64,000 bases of DNA from the NCBI RefSeq assembly GCF_009914755.1, contig NC_060932.1; one strand, 5' to 3'. The notes beneath the pieces were generated by a model. It ran no database searches, was not told the origin of the DNA, and saw only the letters and a program-made list of their open reading frames with translations. The first letter of the stretch is position 1; every line of letters begins with the position of its first letter. Below are positions 17,260-30,100 of the stretch, in pieces. The translations under genes were made by a program, and so were the position numbers. Origin of the DNA: the human T2T-CHM13v2.0 reference genome, Homo sapiens.

Positions 17260-18470
17260 CCCAGAAGGAGAGGAGAAAAAAAGAAAGGTTGAAAAAGTAT
17301 TCAAAGAAATAATGGCTGAAAATTCCCCCCATTTGGCAAAAGACACACACCGACTGATTCAAGAAGCTAAGTGAAACCCCAAACAGGAAAAATCCAATGA
17401 AATCCAGGCCAAGACATGTCATAATCAAACTTCTGAAAGAAAAAAAGACAAAACAAATCTTGAAAGCTATGGGAAATGACACCTTACCAATAAGAGAGAA
17501 GCAATTTGAACCATAGCAGATTTCTCATTAGGCACCTCATGGAGCCAGAAGCAAGCGGTGTAGTATTTTTCAAGCACTAAAGACAAGAAAAAAAAATAGC
17601 ATTTTGTATTCAGTGAAAATCCTTCAGGAATGAAGGGGAAATCAAGGCATTCTAAGATGAAGGAAAGCTAGGAGATTTTGTCACCAGCAGACCTACTCTA
17701 AAAGAATGGCTAAACGAAGCTTTTGAAACACAAAGGAAATGATAAAAAGAGTAATCTTGAAACAATGGGAAAAAAGAAAGGACAACAGAAAGGAGAAAAA
17801 TATGGGTAAATACAATATACCCTTTCTCCTCTTGAGTTTTCTTAATTGTATTTCACAGTTGAAGCAAAAATCATTACTCTGTCTGATGTGGTTCTCGATA
17901 TACATAGAGGAAATATAAGTTATAAACAGGGAAGGAAAAGACACTTAAAAAGAAGTAAAGTTTTTAAAACTGCACTAAAATTAGGACAGCTACTCTGAAA
18001 AATAGTCTTGCAGTTTCTTAAAAAACTAAACATATTCTTACTATGCCACTCAGCAACTGCACTTCAGGGCATTTATCCAAGAATAATAAAACTTATTTTA
18101 ATATAAAAATCAGCACACAGATGTTCTTAGCAGTTGTTATTCATAATAGCCAAAAACTAGAAAAAAACCACAAATGTCCATCAATAGGTGAATGGTTAAA
18201 TACACTGTGGTATATCAATACCATGGAATACTACTCACCAATAAAAAGGAACAAACTGTTTACATGCAACAGCTTGAATGTATTACATGTATCTCAAGAA
18301 CACTGAGCAGAGTTAAAATAGCCAGTCTCAAAATGTCACATATTATCTGCTGCCAGTTATATATTATTCAGAAAATGGCAAAATTATAGAGTGGGAGAAC
18401 TGATTCGCATTTTCTAGACACTGGGGGTGGTGGGTGGGAAAGGGTGGGTGTGACAATGAAGAGGTAATAC
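17260..18470 (+). mobile_element. Degraded ancient L1M fragments (ORF1-like region and ORF2 C-terminus/3' UTR)
   Basis: AAAGAAATAATGGCTGAAAATTCCCC ORF1-like; translation KCPSIGEWLNTLWYINTMEYYSPIK is homologous to the L1 ORF2p C-terminus. Confidence 0.75.
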
Positions 18471-21400
18471 CCTGGAGAGCTTCTTCACTGAACTGTGTTT
18501 TTCTTAGAAGGTGTTTCTCTTTTTCTATCTCATGCCAGAGTGCTTAGTGAATGACAGTCATTTCTCAGCTATTGCTAATGACACTGAAGTACTAAAATTT
18601 TTATTCAGAGAAGAGCAATTCCTCTAACTTACCAAATTATGGCTCTATAATATTTGACCTCTTAGCAACTGTTATAGCAGCAGAATGTGGTAGTTATCAT
18701 ACAGAAAATATATTATAGTTTTCTTTGAGATCCTTAAATAAGCTAGGGAGCAGGAGGAGAAAGAATAGCTCTAAGATCAAATGGAAATGTTAAAATATCA
18801 TCTGGCTTGAGCTCTTTTATCTGAACCTACTAGGGAGCCAGCACTTTGATTTTAGGGACCCAACTCTGCTGCTTGCCAGCACTGTGATCTTGGGTAAGGT
18901 ATTTAGTACTGCTAAGCCTCAGTTTTCCTTAATAATGGTTCTTACAGCATTGAGTTGTTGTGAAGCTTGAGTGAGAGTGTGCATATAATTACTGCCACAT
19001 AGTAAAAACTTCAAAAAGAATCAGCATTTAAAGATTTTTTAATATCCTAAAATTTTTGAAATTGAGTAATTTGCTCATCACAGTTTTAGGTGACTATGAT
19101 TTTTACAGGTGTCAAAGGACATTTGTCTAGACCATGAGTAGGAGAAAAATTAACCTAACTGAATGGGTGGCTCTGTCACTACTTATGAGGATAATTATCT
19201 AAAACAGAGGTTTGAACTAGGTAAACATCCTGGTGTCTTTTTGTTCAAAAATTACTCAGGCAATGTCAGCAATTATTTGCTTCCCAACCACTGCATGCAT
19301 GACCCCCTGGAGATCTACAAAGATTATAGTCTGGAGAAAGTAAACTGTCTTCTGGTTACATTATGTCCCTGTCACCCCAACAGCCAATGATAATTATATA
19401 CCTGGTACCTATGTGTGATGGAGATGAGAGAGGGGACAGGAAAGAGACACCCCTGCCCCTCATTGTGGGCCAAGCCCTGGGTTCTCCATGTTTCTGAGGA
19501 ACACTGCAAGAACTGGTATTATTGTTCCATTTTAGAAACAAGGCCACTCAGTAAGAGTTGAAATAAAATTGAACCCCATCTATAAAGCCCTTGCTCATTG
19601 CAATATGGAGCTTAGCCTGTCTATTAGTAAAAAAGTAAAAATAAAAATCCTGAATACACACACATGCACACACTGTAGAGGCAGGTCTGGGTGTTATATG
19701 CAGGCTGCATCCTGCTCACACCATTGACGCTGGTCGCCCGTCAACGTTGCTCTAATAGTCCTCTGCTAATTAGGAATGTTCGCAGCTCAGATGCTTTTAC
19801 ATTGCAGGGGAGGTTGTGGGGAACAATTAAATGTCTGGAGTCTGCTAAGCATTATTAAGTACTAGCAATTGCCCTCTGAGGTAATTGCTTTTGAGCCATA
19901 AAGGGACAGTTAAATAAGCACTTCCATTTTAATATCTTTTTGAAGAGATAAAAAGGATTCTAAAATTCCATAATGTCTAAATTTGGTACTGCTGTTCAGG
20001 AGGTGAAGAAACTTTATAGTCATGTGCTTTTTATAAAGGGATAATTGCCTGCTTCAAAATCTTCTCTAGTTAGAATTTTTGGGGTTAAGCTCTAGAAGTT
20101 CCACAATGAAGGAGACCCCCTTTTCCAACCAGAAACGAATTCCCTGCCCAGGAAGTCTGTACCCCATGCAGCCAGACTCTGGTGACAATGTTTCTACGTG
20201 TTCAAGTAAATTTTCATCCAGTAAAAAGGTATCATTTTTCAAGTGTATCTCACAAAGGTGGCTAAGCTTCCCATCACTGTGAAACCTCGAGGACTAGGTT
20301 TGCATTGTCCCTTCCTCCTTCTGATCTGCGACCTTGCCTTGTCAACTGCCTCCTCCCCCTCAGCACTTAAATATCTTTACTTCTCTTCCTCCCACCCTAA
20401 AAGGACACATATTAAAACTAAAAATCGAAAGCGTCCTTGGCCCCTGTATCTCCATATATCTGGTTTTCTCTTCCTTCAAGGTCAGCTTGCAGCATGAACT
20501 CCATTCTTTAAGCCTCCATGTCCCATTAATTTCAGACACACAATGGCCAGTCTTCCGCCATCCTCTTCTCCCTTTCCCTTGCACAGACACACTCCACTGA
20601 AGGCGTTTTCATTGCATTCTCTGATGACCCCTTAGTTGCTGTACCCTACAGATGCCTACTTCCAGGTCTCAACTTACATGTGGACTTTGACTCTCCAATC
20701 ACTTCTTAGAACTCTCTAGAACTTCCTAAAATTCTCTCCCCTGATTCTCCTTCCCCCATCTAGTCATCCCTCTGAATTTCCTTCAAGGTCCTTAAAAGCT
20801 GGGGTTCCCCAGAGTTCCCAAGAAAGAACTCTCTACATGCACTCTACGATGTGATCCTACTTACTCCCAAGACTTCAGCTTCCACCTTTAAACTAACCCC
20901 TCCTGACCCGCTCGCCCAAATGTCTCGAATCGGCAGCTGTCTTCAGGGCACACACTTCTTAGGCTTACTTGACATCTCCTCTTGGTTACCTCCTGGTTAC
21001 CTTGAACTCATTCCATCTAAAACATCTGCACCCATTGCAACCTCCTCTTCCCCTAATGCTCTCATCTCAATAAATGGCTCTATAACCTAACTGTCAAGCC
21101 CAGAAACCTACACATCACCCCAAAAACTAAAAGCACATAATGTGAGGGTTCAGAGGAAGATTTCAGAAGCAGACTGCCTGAGTCTGAGTCTCAGCTCTCC
21201 TACTTGTCAGCTTTGTGTGTCATCATGGGTTGTATTTTCACCTCTCTGGGCCTCTGGTTTCTCGTCTATAAAATGGAGATAATAATACGACATACCTCAC
21301 AGTGTTGCAGCTATGGTTTGAAAAGATAACTTTTTGTAAAGCACCTCATTGTATAGGTGTTTGTTTACCTTTTCTCCTGTTTTAACATTTACATAGGTCA

Positions 21401-22338
21401 TAATATTCCCTTCAGTGTAAGGGCAGTCAGTATCCTCCGTTGCCCTTAACATTCAAGTTCCTCATCTTGTCTTTCGGGGCCCAACATGCTCAGCCCCAGC
21501 CCCAGCTCCAGTGCTCGGCCCAGGCAAAGGAAACACCCTGAGTATCCTTGTGTTCCCATCTCTGGGGCTTTTCAAATGTTCTCCCTTCTGCCTTGAAATG
21601 TGCTTTTCCCCAGTTCCCAGCCCCTTTTGGCTGGCCAGCTTCTACTAATTCTTCAAGTTTCTACTTGACTGTCATTTCTCTAGCAAGTCTAATTCCAGGA
21701 CTGGTTTAGCGTCCAGCTATGATTCTCCACACCACCCTATAATTTATTTTGCATAGCATGTATGCCCTATTGTGATTTGTTGTAAATGATTCTTTGTCCA
21801 TTTCCTCACTTAAGCTGTATTCTTTGTAAAGGAAGGCCCTAGGTCTCATTTACTTCTCAACCTCATTGCTTGTAATATCTTAGGTGCTGACTACATGAGT
21901 GAACCAGGACATGCACCCAGGGTATCCCGAGCAGAGCTTATACCAAATAAAGAAATCACATAAAAATGATTAAAATATGAATTAATATGAATTAATAAAC
22001 TCGGGGATGTGAGGAAGGTGGCCTAGAAAATTCACAATGTGATCTCATGCGAGGACAGAATTACACAGTATTTTTTAGAATTAAATTTTGAATCCTCAGT
22101 GATAGGCTTCATTGCAGTTTCAAATATAGTAGTCAGTTTTTAAAGTAGAGTAAGATGCTCCAGCTCTGTGTTTTTCAACTTTTCAAGCCCTTTGTCCATT
22201 CTGATAAACCAAACAAGTTCACACCCTCACCCCCCACCATCACATTTGAGAATGACTGTGGAGGGGCTTCTTCCGCATATTCCCACCAGCCAAGGTTTTA
22301 TTTAGTTAGTTGTTAGAATATTGAATATGCTTTTTCAT

Positions 22339-22643
22339 GGCCAGGTGCAGGCACCATGGCTCATGCCTATAATTCCAGAATTTTGGGAGGCCAAGGCGGG
22401 CAGATCACTTGACGTCAAGAGTTTGAGACCAGCCTGGCCAACACAGTGAAACCCTGTATCTACTAAAAATACAAAAATTAGCTGGGTATGGTGGTGAGAG
22501 CTTGTAATCCCAGCTACTCAGGAAGCTGAGGCAGGAGAATCACTTGAACCCAGGAGGCGGAGGTTGCAGTAAGCCAAGATTGGGCCACTGCACTCCAGTC
22601 AGGGTGACAGAGAGAGACTTGGTCTCAAAAAAAAAAAAAAAAA
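22339..22643 (+). mobile_element. Alu (AluS-like) with 23-bp TSD
   Basis: AGAATATTGAATATGCTTTTTCA at 22315-22337 and 22643-22665. Confidence 0.93.
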
Positions 22644-22855
22644 GAATATTGAATATGCTTTTTCAATTTATGACAGTCTCAGAGGTCATATATTTTTCTC
22701 CACATCTCCTAAACCCCAGTGTTTAAAATAAAAAGAGACTCATGTATTTTCTGAATGAAACAGTGTGTACCTAAAGAGTGTGTGTTTTTTACTTGTGGGA
22801 TGCTTCTTATCCTTTTGCAGCTGTCCTCTAATGATTGAGTTGTCTTCTGAACCAG

Positions 22856-23034
22856 GTGCAGTTATATGATAGACAATGTGATTCTGCTGATGAATGGTGC
22901 ATTGCAGAAAAAATCTGTGAAAGAAATTCTGGGGAAGTGCCACCCCTTGGGCCGTTTCACAGAAATGGAAGCTGTCAACATTGCAGAGACACCTTCAGAT
23001 CTCTTTAATGCCATTCTGATCGAAACGCCATTAG
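22856..23034 (+). CDS. ATP6V0D2: V-type proton ATPase subunit d2, exon 3 (179 bp)
   Basis: ccag|G TGC AGT TAT ATG..., encodes [59 protein letters not shown]; donor TTAG|gtagga. Confidence 0.97.
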
Positions 23035-24117
23035 GTAGGAACACTTAGGTAATTTTGTAGCTGCTTGTGTATGTTATCACAGTCATTAGAAAATGTACTA
23101 TTTTTTTCTTCCCTGTGGTCCAAAAGAAAATGTACTTTGATTTCACAATTTTTTTCCATGAATACAGTAGCATACCATGCAGATTCCTGGAAGTGGCAGA
23201 GACATTAAGGAATTATCTAGTTCAGCTCCCTCATTTTTCAGATCAGGACAAATGAAGCAACCTGCTCAGATCACATGTGAACCATTTGTAGTAGAGAAGG
23301 AACTGGAGCTCATCTCTCAACCTTCAAACTTTTCACTTTATACCAGGTCATAGCAAATAAATAATAGCACTTGTCATTCTTCAAAAAAAATGTAATTTTC
23401 TAGCTTGGTTTTACAGAATTAGTTTCTTGTCCTTCCATTTAAATTTTTGTCTAGATAAGGCTGCATATAGGAAGCATTTTCTTTCAGGAAGTTTAAAAAT
23501 GTCATTTTTCTGAGATGCTCAAGAGTATCTGTCAAGTCATCAGAAGCAATGATGAAATGATTGTTAATTTCATTATAATTTGGCACTAACAAGAGTTGTG
23601 TTCAAAATGCTAAAGAGATAATTGTATAAGCATCATTATCTAATATTGTCAGGAAATCTGGATAGTAGCAATTCACTATTGATCGTTTGTCAAAATAGTT
23701 GCTGTTTAAGATAGATATTTTAAAAAGCAAAAAAAAAATATTTGTGTCATCATTAAGCACCCGATACTGAGATAGCATAGGCTGATCGAGAGAGGTTGAG
23801 ACTGCAATCAGACAACCATGAGCATGAAACCAGGCTCTGCCCGGTCCCAGCAAGGTGACTAGGAGCAATTCAATTCACCCCAGTTTCCTCATTTTGGAAA
23901 TAATCGTATCTTTTTATAACAGAGTTTTAAAAATAAAACACACTTTTAAGTACAACTCAATGCTTGGCACATACTAAAGTTGCAAATAATAAATATTATT
24001 ATTAGATAGTGAAGGAGGAGGGACTTCAAAAAAAAGCCTTAAGTGAATAGCTCCAAGGTGTTGTGAAGATTAAATGAAAGTATATTCAGTGTATAGTGTA
24101 GTGAGTGAGGTTTAGGG

Positions 24118-24640
24118 CAGCAGTCCCCAACCTTTAGGGCAACAGGGACTGGTTTCGTGGAAGACAACTTTTCCATGACAGGAGAGAGGGGATGGTTTCG
24201 GGATGATTCAAACACATTACATTTATTGCGCACATTATTTCTGTAATTATTACACTGTAATATATAATGAAATAATGATACAACTCACCATAATGTAAAA
24301 CCAGTGAGAGCCCTGAGCTTGTTTTCCTGCAACTAGACAGTCCCATCTGTGGGTGATGGGAGACAGTGACAGATCATCAGGCATTAGACTCTCATAAGTA
24401 GCACACAACCTAGATCCCTCAGATGCACAGTTCATAATAGGGTTTGCTCTCCTATGAGAACCTAATGCTGCCGTTGATCTGACAGGAGGGGGAGCTCAGG
24501 TGGTAATGCAAACAGTGGGGAGCAGTTGTAATTACAGTTGAAGCCACTCTCTGGCCCACTGTTCACCTCAGCTGTGTGGCTCAGTTACTAACAGGCCACG
24601 GACTGGTGTTGGTCTGTGGCCTGGGGGTTGGGGACCCCTG
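24118..24640. mobile_element. MER1A (hAT-Charlie non-autonomous DNA transposon) inserted into a MIR
   Basis: TIRs CAGCAGTCCCCAACC / GGTTGGGGACCCCTG; perfect 8-bp TSD GTTTAGGG at 24110-24117 and 24641-24648; 523 bp. Confidence 0.9.
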
Positions 24641-24848
24641 GTTTAGGGCTTACACATGATAAATGCTTAAAAAGTAATAACTGCTTTCACCCTCATTACT
24701 ATTAGCCCTATTTAGTGGAGTGTATGGATTGCAACTCTGCAGTGTTCTTGTCAGGAGTGAGCAGAGGGTGGTGTGTTCAGGATACGTTTTCTACAGCTTA
24801 TAATCTTGCTTAAGATTCATTTTTTGGTATGGCAATTTCTGCTTTCAG

Positions 24849-24928
24849 CTCCATTCTTCCAAGACTGCATGTCTGAAAATGCTCTAGATGAACTGAATAT
24901 TGAATTGCTACGCAATAAACTATACAAG
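24849..24928 (+). CDS. ATP6V0D2: V-ATPase subunit d2, exon 4 (80 bp)
   Basis: tttcag|CT CCA TTC..., (A)[26 protein letters not shown]; donor AAG|gtaatg. Confidence 0.97.
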
Positions 24929-26275
24929 GTAATGGTTTTCCCAAATATTGTCTTTTTCTTGATTACACAATGTATTGTGACTAGAGTTCTCTATTAAAAC
25001 TTACTTTACTCATTAACCAACTTCTGCAATTATGAAACTGTGCATATTTGGAATATAGCTTTTATAGTTCTGGCCTGTCCTCTAGTTAAATGCATGCATG
25101 TCAGCTTCCCCTAGCCAGCAAGATATTTGAAAGGAAATAACATGCCCTATTCTTCCATATTCCTAGCTCCTTGCATGGTACCTGGAACATAAAAGGTGTT
25201 TGGATGATGGTAGGTGAAGAAATGGGGTGAACAATATCAATCCATTTAAAGCAACCAGCATACATAGCAAACCTTCTGCTATGTAGTGTTCATCTCTGTC
25301 CTCAATCCTGTTAGTATCCCTGAATCTCACAGCTAATCTGCCCACACAATTTTAATCTACAGTGTGCAGCATACCAGAATGAACAATTTGTGTACACTGC
25401 ATCATAGGTACCACTTTGCATAATGTGACTGTCTGGACTGTGCTGCCACCATTTGAGTAGCTGTATATACTTTAGGCTGAGCAAAATCTGTCCATTTTTA
25501 GTCAAATAACCATAGCCTCTTTGGACACTCACACACAGTAACTGAACATATATGGCATGCTGTGTTCAAACATGTGGTCCTTTCAAAAGCATTGTATTGC
25601 AGGCAGTGTTCCTTTTGGTAAAGTGACTTATGGGCCTAGAGGAGGCATCCTTGAGATATAACTAACAGAAGGCACCGTTCTAAGCAATTTATAGGCCTTA
25701 ACTCACTAATCCACCTGGCAAAAATATGATGTTTATGCTATCTCCATTCCTCAGAGGTGAAAACTGAGGCTTGGAGAGCCAAGGTTTCTTTGGAAGAAGT
25801 CAGTTAGCTAAAACGTATTAGAGTTGGGATCCAAACTCAGGCAGTCTGACCCTACAGCCTTTCCCATATAGCTCCATGCTCAAAGCCATCCCAAATGTGC
25901 CTCTACAAGAGACTAAATGTCAGCATAGGGCTAAATCTAAAATTATTCACTGATCTCAGAAAAGAACTTGGCACTCTTGTTAAAATAGCAAGAATTAACC
26001 ATATGAAATAATCCAAAACCATGCAAAAAAAGTGCTTGTTAAGTAATTATAAGTTATGATAAATGCAGTTTTGTCCTTTTCTGGAATTCTTTTTTAGACT
26101 GTGCAACATGCTGCAATGTGAAAGCTTCTACCAAATTTATTATAAAATATCTTCCTATGGGAGATGTAATTCAGATTCCATTAAAGCATTTAATAAACCA
26201 TGAAAAGCTGATCTAGACATTTTCAAAAGGAATATATATTCATTATATCACTTTATGATCTTTTTTCTTTTTAAG

Positions 26276-26353
26276 TCTTACCTTGAGGCATTCTATAAAT
26301 TCTGTAAGAATCATGGTGATGTCACAGCAGAAGTTATGTGTCCCATTCTTGAG
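26276..26353 (+). CDS. ATP6V0D2: V-ATPase subunit d2, exon 5 (78 bp)
   Basis: tttttaag|TCT TAC..., [26 protein letters not shown]; donor GAG|gtaaga; absent from the ORF track, read directly from sequence. Confidence 0.96.
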
Positions 26354-26677
26354 GTAAGAAAGAGTCCTTGAATTTTGTTATGCTAAATAAGGTGCTTACA
26401 TATTTTTATTGTTTTAACCTTACTTATATTTCCTTATCTTTGAATTTTTTTTTAATCTAGAAGTAAGACAAGCAGTACATTTTATTATACATATGATTTG
26501 ATATATTTGATTAAGAGTTGTATTTTCCAACTCTTAAGTTGGAATATGGAAGTTTTCTACATGGAAAAGTTAGCTTGGAATTAGAAAATAATAATGTTTA
26601 CACAGATTTGGTTATGATTCATTTTAATGTAGTATGTAAAAAATAGATTGTAAACAATAACAAATTTAGTATACTGT

Positions 26678-27223
26678 TGTTACTGGAAAAGGGTCCCAAT
26701 CCAGACCCCAAGAGAGGGTTCTTGGATCTCAGCAAGAAAGAATTTGGGTCCATAGAGTAAAGTGAAAGCAAGTTTATTAAGAAAGTAAAGGAGTAAAAGC
26801 ATGGCTACTCCATAGGCAGAGCAGCCCCAAGGGCTGCTGGTTACCTATTTGTATGGTTATTTCTTGATTATATGCTGAACAAGGGGTGGATTATTCATGT
26901 CTCCCCTTTTTAGACCACATAGGGTAACTTCCTGACATTGCCATGGCATTTGTAAACTGTCATGGTGCTGGTGGGAGTGTAGCAGTGAGGACGACCATGG
27001 TCACTCTCAGTGCCATCTTGGTTTTGGTGGGGTTTAGCCAGCTTCTTTACTGCAACCTGTTTTATCAGCAAAGTGTTTATGACCTGTATCTTGTGCTAAC
27101 CTCCTATCTCATCCTGTGACTTAGAATGCCTAACCGTCTAGGAATGCAGCCCAGTAGGTCTCAGCCTTATTTTACCCAGCCCCTATTCAAGATGGAGTTG
27201 CTCTGGTTCAAATGCCTCTGACA
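26678..27223 (-). mobile_element. MER41A-like solo LTR (ERV1)
   Basis: Minus strand starts TGTCAGAGGCATTTGAACCAGAGCAACTCCATCTTGAATAGGGGCTGGGTAAAATAAGG and ends in CA; ~546 bp; near-TSD CTGT/CTAT. Confidence 0.9.
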
Positions 27224-28026
27224 CTATGAGCAATGGATGGACTATAGACACTCCATAATCACCCAAATTCCCTCTGGTGAGGGAACATTGGGCAGCTGGG
27301 AACCCCCACAACTTGGCATCAAAAGTCCACTATAGCTTCATCCACAGGGACATTGTGCCTTACAAATCCTAAAATAAAGGCTGCCCCAAGCAACCCATGA
27401 ACATTCCAGCTTTTGGCAGGAAGACTCATTTGTTATGTGATTCACAGTTGGTAAGCTCATTTAATTATGTGTCAAACACCACCATTGGTATCTACCTCTC
27501 TAGCTGATGTTATAACTTAATTCCTCTTAAGGACCACAGATTTCATCTATGCTTAGGAGTCCTCTTGCATAAGAATGTTGACCTGCATATGCATGGGAGA
27601 TTCAGGGCAGAGATCAGAAGGATTTGTGGGGCATCCTGCACATAATTTGCACTGAGTATTTTACCTCCATTCCTCTTGCTAGTAAATAATTTCCTAATTC
27701 ACTTAAAAAGAAAAAATATCACTTTGGGCTTTTGTAAGCCCTTACTTTGCCCTGTGAAACTAAATTTTATCTAAAGAATATTTTTCATCATTACATTATC
27801 TGGTACAGTGACTTCACTGGTGGGTGGAATTCTGATTTCAAGAAAAGCCTAATAAGCATTACCCTTCAGGTAAAAAGAAAAAAATTAACTTCATTTGCAA
27901 GTATTTCAACCTAATGCTCTGAAACTGCATATGATAAAACTAGCTCCCCTCAAAACATCTAATCATTAAAATTTTACTTGGTTGATGACTTCTGATATAG
28001 AAAAAGGAAACAAAAAAGTTTTATAG

Positions 28027-28850
<824 letters not shown>

Positions 28851-29249
28851 TAAAGCCTAAATAGTTGTGAAGTGAAAATCTTATCACTAAAGATCTCCAA
28901 AAAATATTCTTGTTCTTATCTATATTATACAGAAAGTGGATATCGAATAAATAAATAACATTTTGAGGCATAGTAAATGACAGAATGAAAAATAGTCTCT
29001 CTCAGTCATGCTAATCATGCAACATCATTAACTGGTGACCCTATGAAGCCCTATCCTTTCTTTTCATAAATTCAACTACTAGCCATACTATAAGAATCCA
29101 TATTATCTATGGCTCAAAAGTAGAATTTCTACTCAGCATAATTCTTGTGGTTTGGAAATGGTTTGCTTACTTTATACCCATGAAATATGTGAAATAAAAG
29201 TTATATCAAGACTCATAACCTTATCAAAGGTATACAATAGCACTATTAA

Positions 29250-29480
29250 TAGCTAACACTTACTACGTGCTAGATGCTATCTTGAGTGCTTTACATACAT
29301 GAATTCACTTAGACTTCAAAACCACACAGAATAGGTAGTCTAGTATCTATTTTTCAGGAGGAGCAACTGAGGCACAGAGAAGGCTAATAACTTACCCGAC
29401 GTCTCACAGCTAGTAAGTCACGATTGGAATGCAAGCAGTTGGCTCACGTACTTATGTGCTTATCCACTCTGCCATAGTGC
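29250..29480. mobile_element. MIR
   Basis: GTGCTTTACATACATGAATTCACTTA ... GAGCAACTGAGGCACAGAGA ... ACAGCTAGTAAGT MIR core. Confidence 0.75.
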
Positions 29481-29804
29481 CTCTGCATTAAATTCACCAT
29501 TCACAATTCTTTTATATAAACGTGAGTGCTAATTCATAAGCAAGATCATATTGTGTACTATAAAAATTGGTAAATAGGTAAGGTAAGAATTACATCTTTG
29601 AATAGGTAAGAAATAGGTAAGAATTATGGCTTTGTAATCCTTGGTAATGTAAAAAAAGGATAGTATCATAAAAATGCTTATCACTGGGATGATGTGATCA
29701 AACTACGATATGCCCAGTGTTCTCATGGTACTTTTCCAATCTTCATGGTATCAGATGAGATTAGTGTTTGTTTGTTTGTTTCAAACAGCATTAAAAAAAA
29801 ATCC

Positions 29805-30100
29805 AGCTAGGCATGGTAGTTTATGCCTGTAATCCCAGCACTTTGGGAGACCTATGCAGAAGAATCGCTTGAAGCCAGGAGTTTGAGACCAGCCTGGGCA
29901 ACATAGCAAAATCCTACCTCTACAAAAAATACAGAAATTAACCGGGCATGGTGGAACACACCTATAGTCCTGGCTACTCAGGAGGCTGAGGTGGGAAGAT
30001 CGCCTCAGCCCAGAAATTCCAGGTTACAGTGAGCCATAAGCCACCTCATTCCAGGCTGGGTGACGGAGTGAGATCCTGTCTCTAAGAAATAAAAATAAAA
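29805..30100 (+). mobile_element. AluJ-like
   Basis: Alu consensus with A-tail. Confidence 0.88.
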
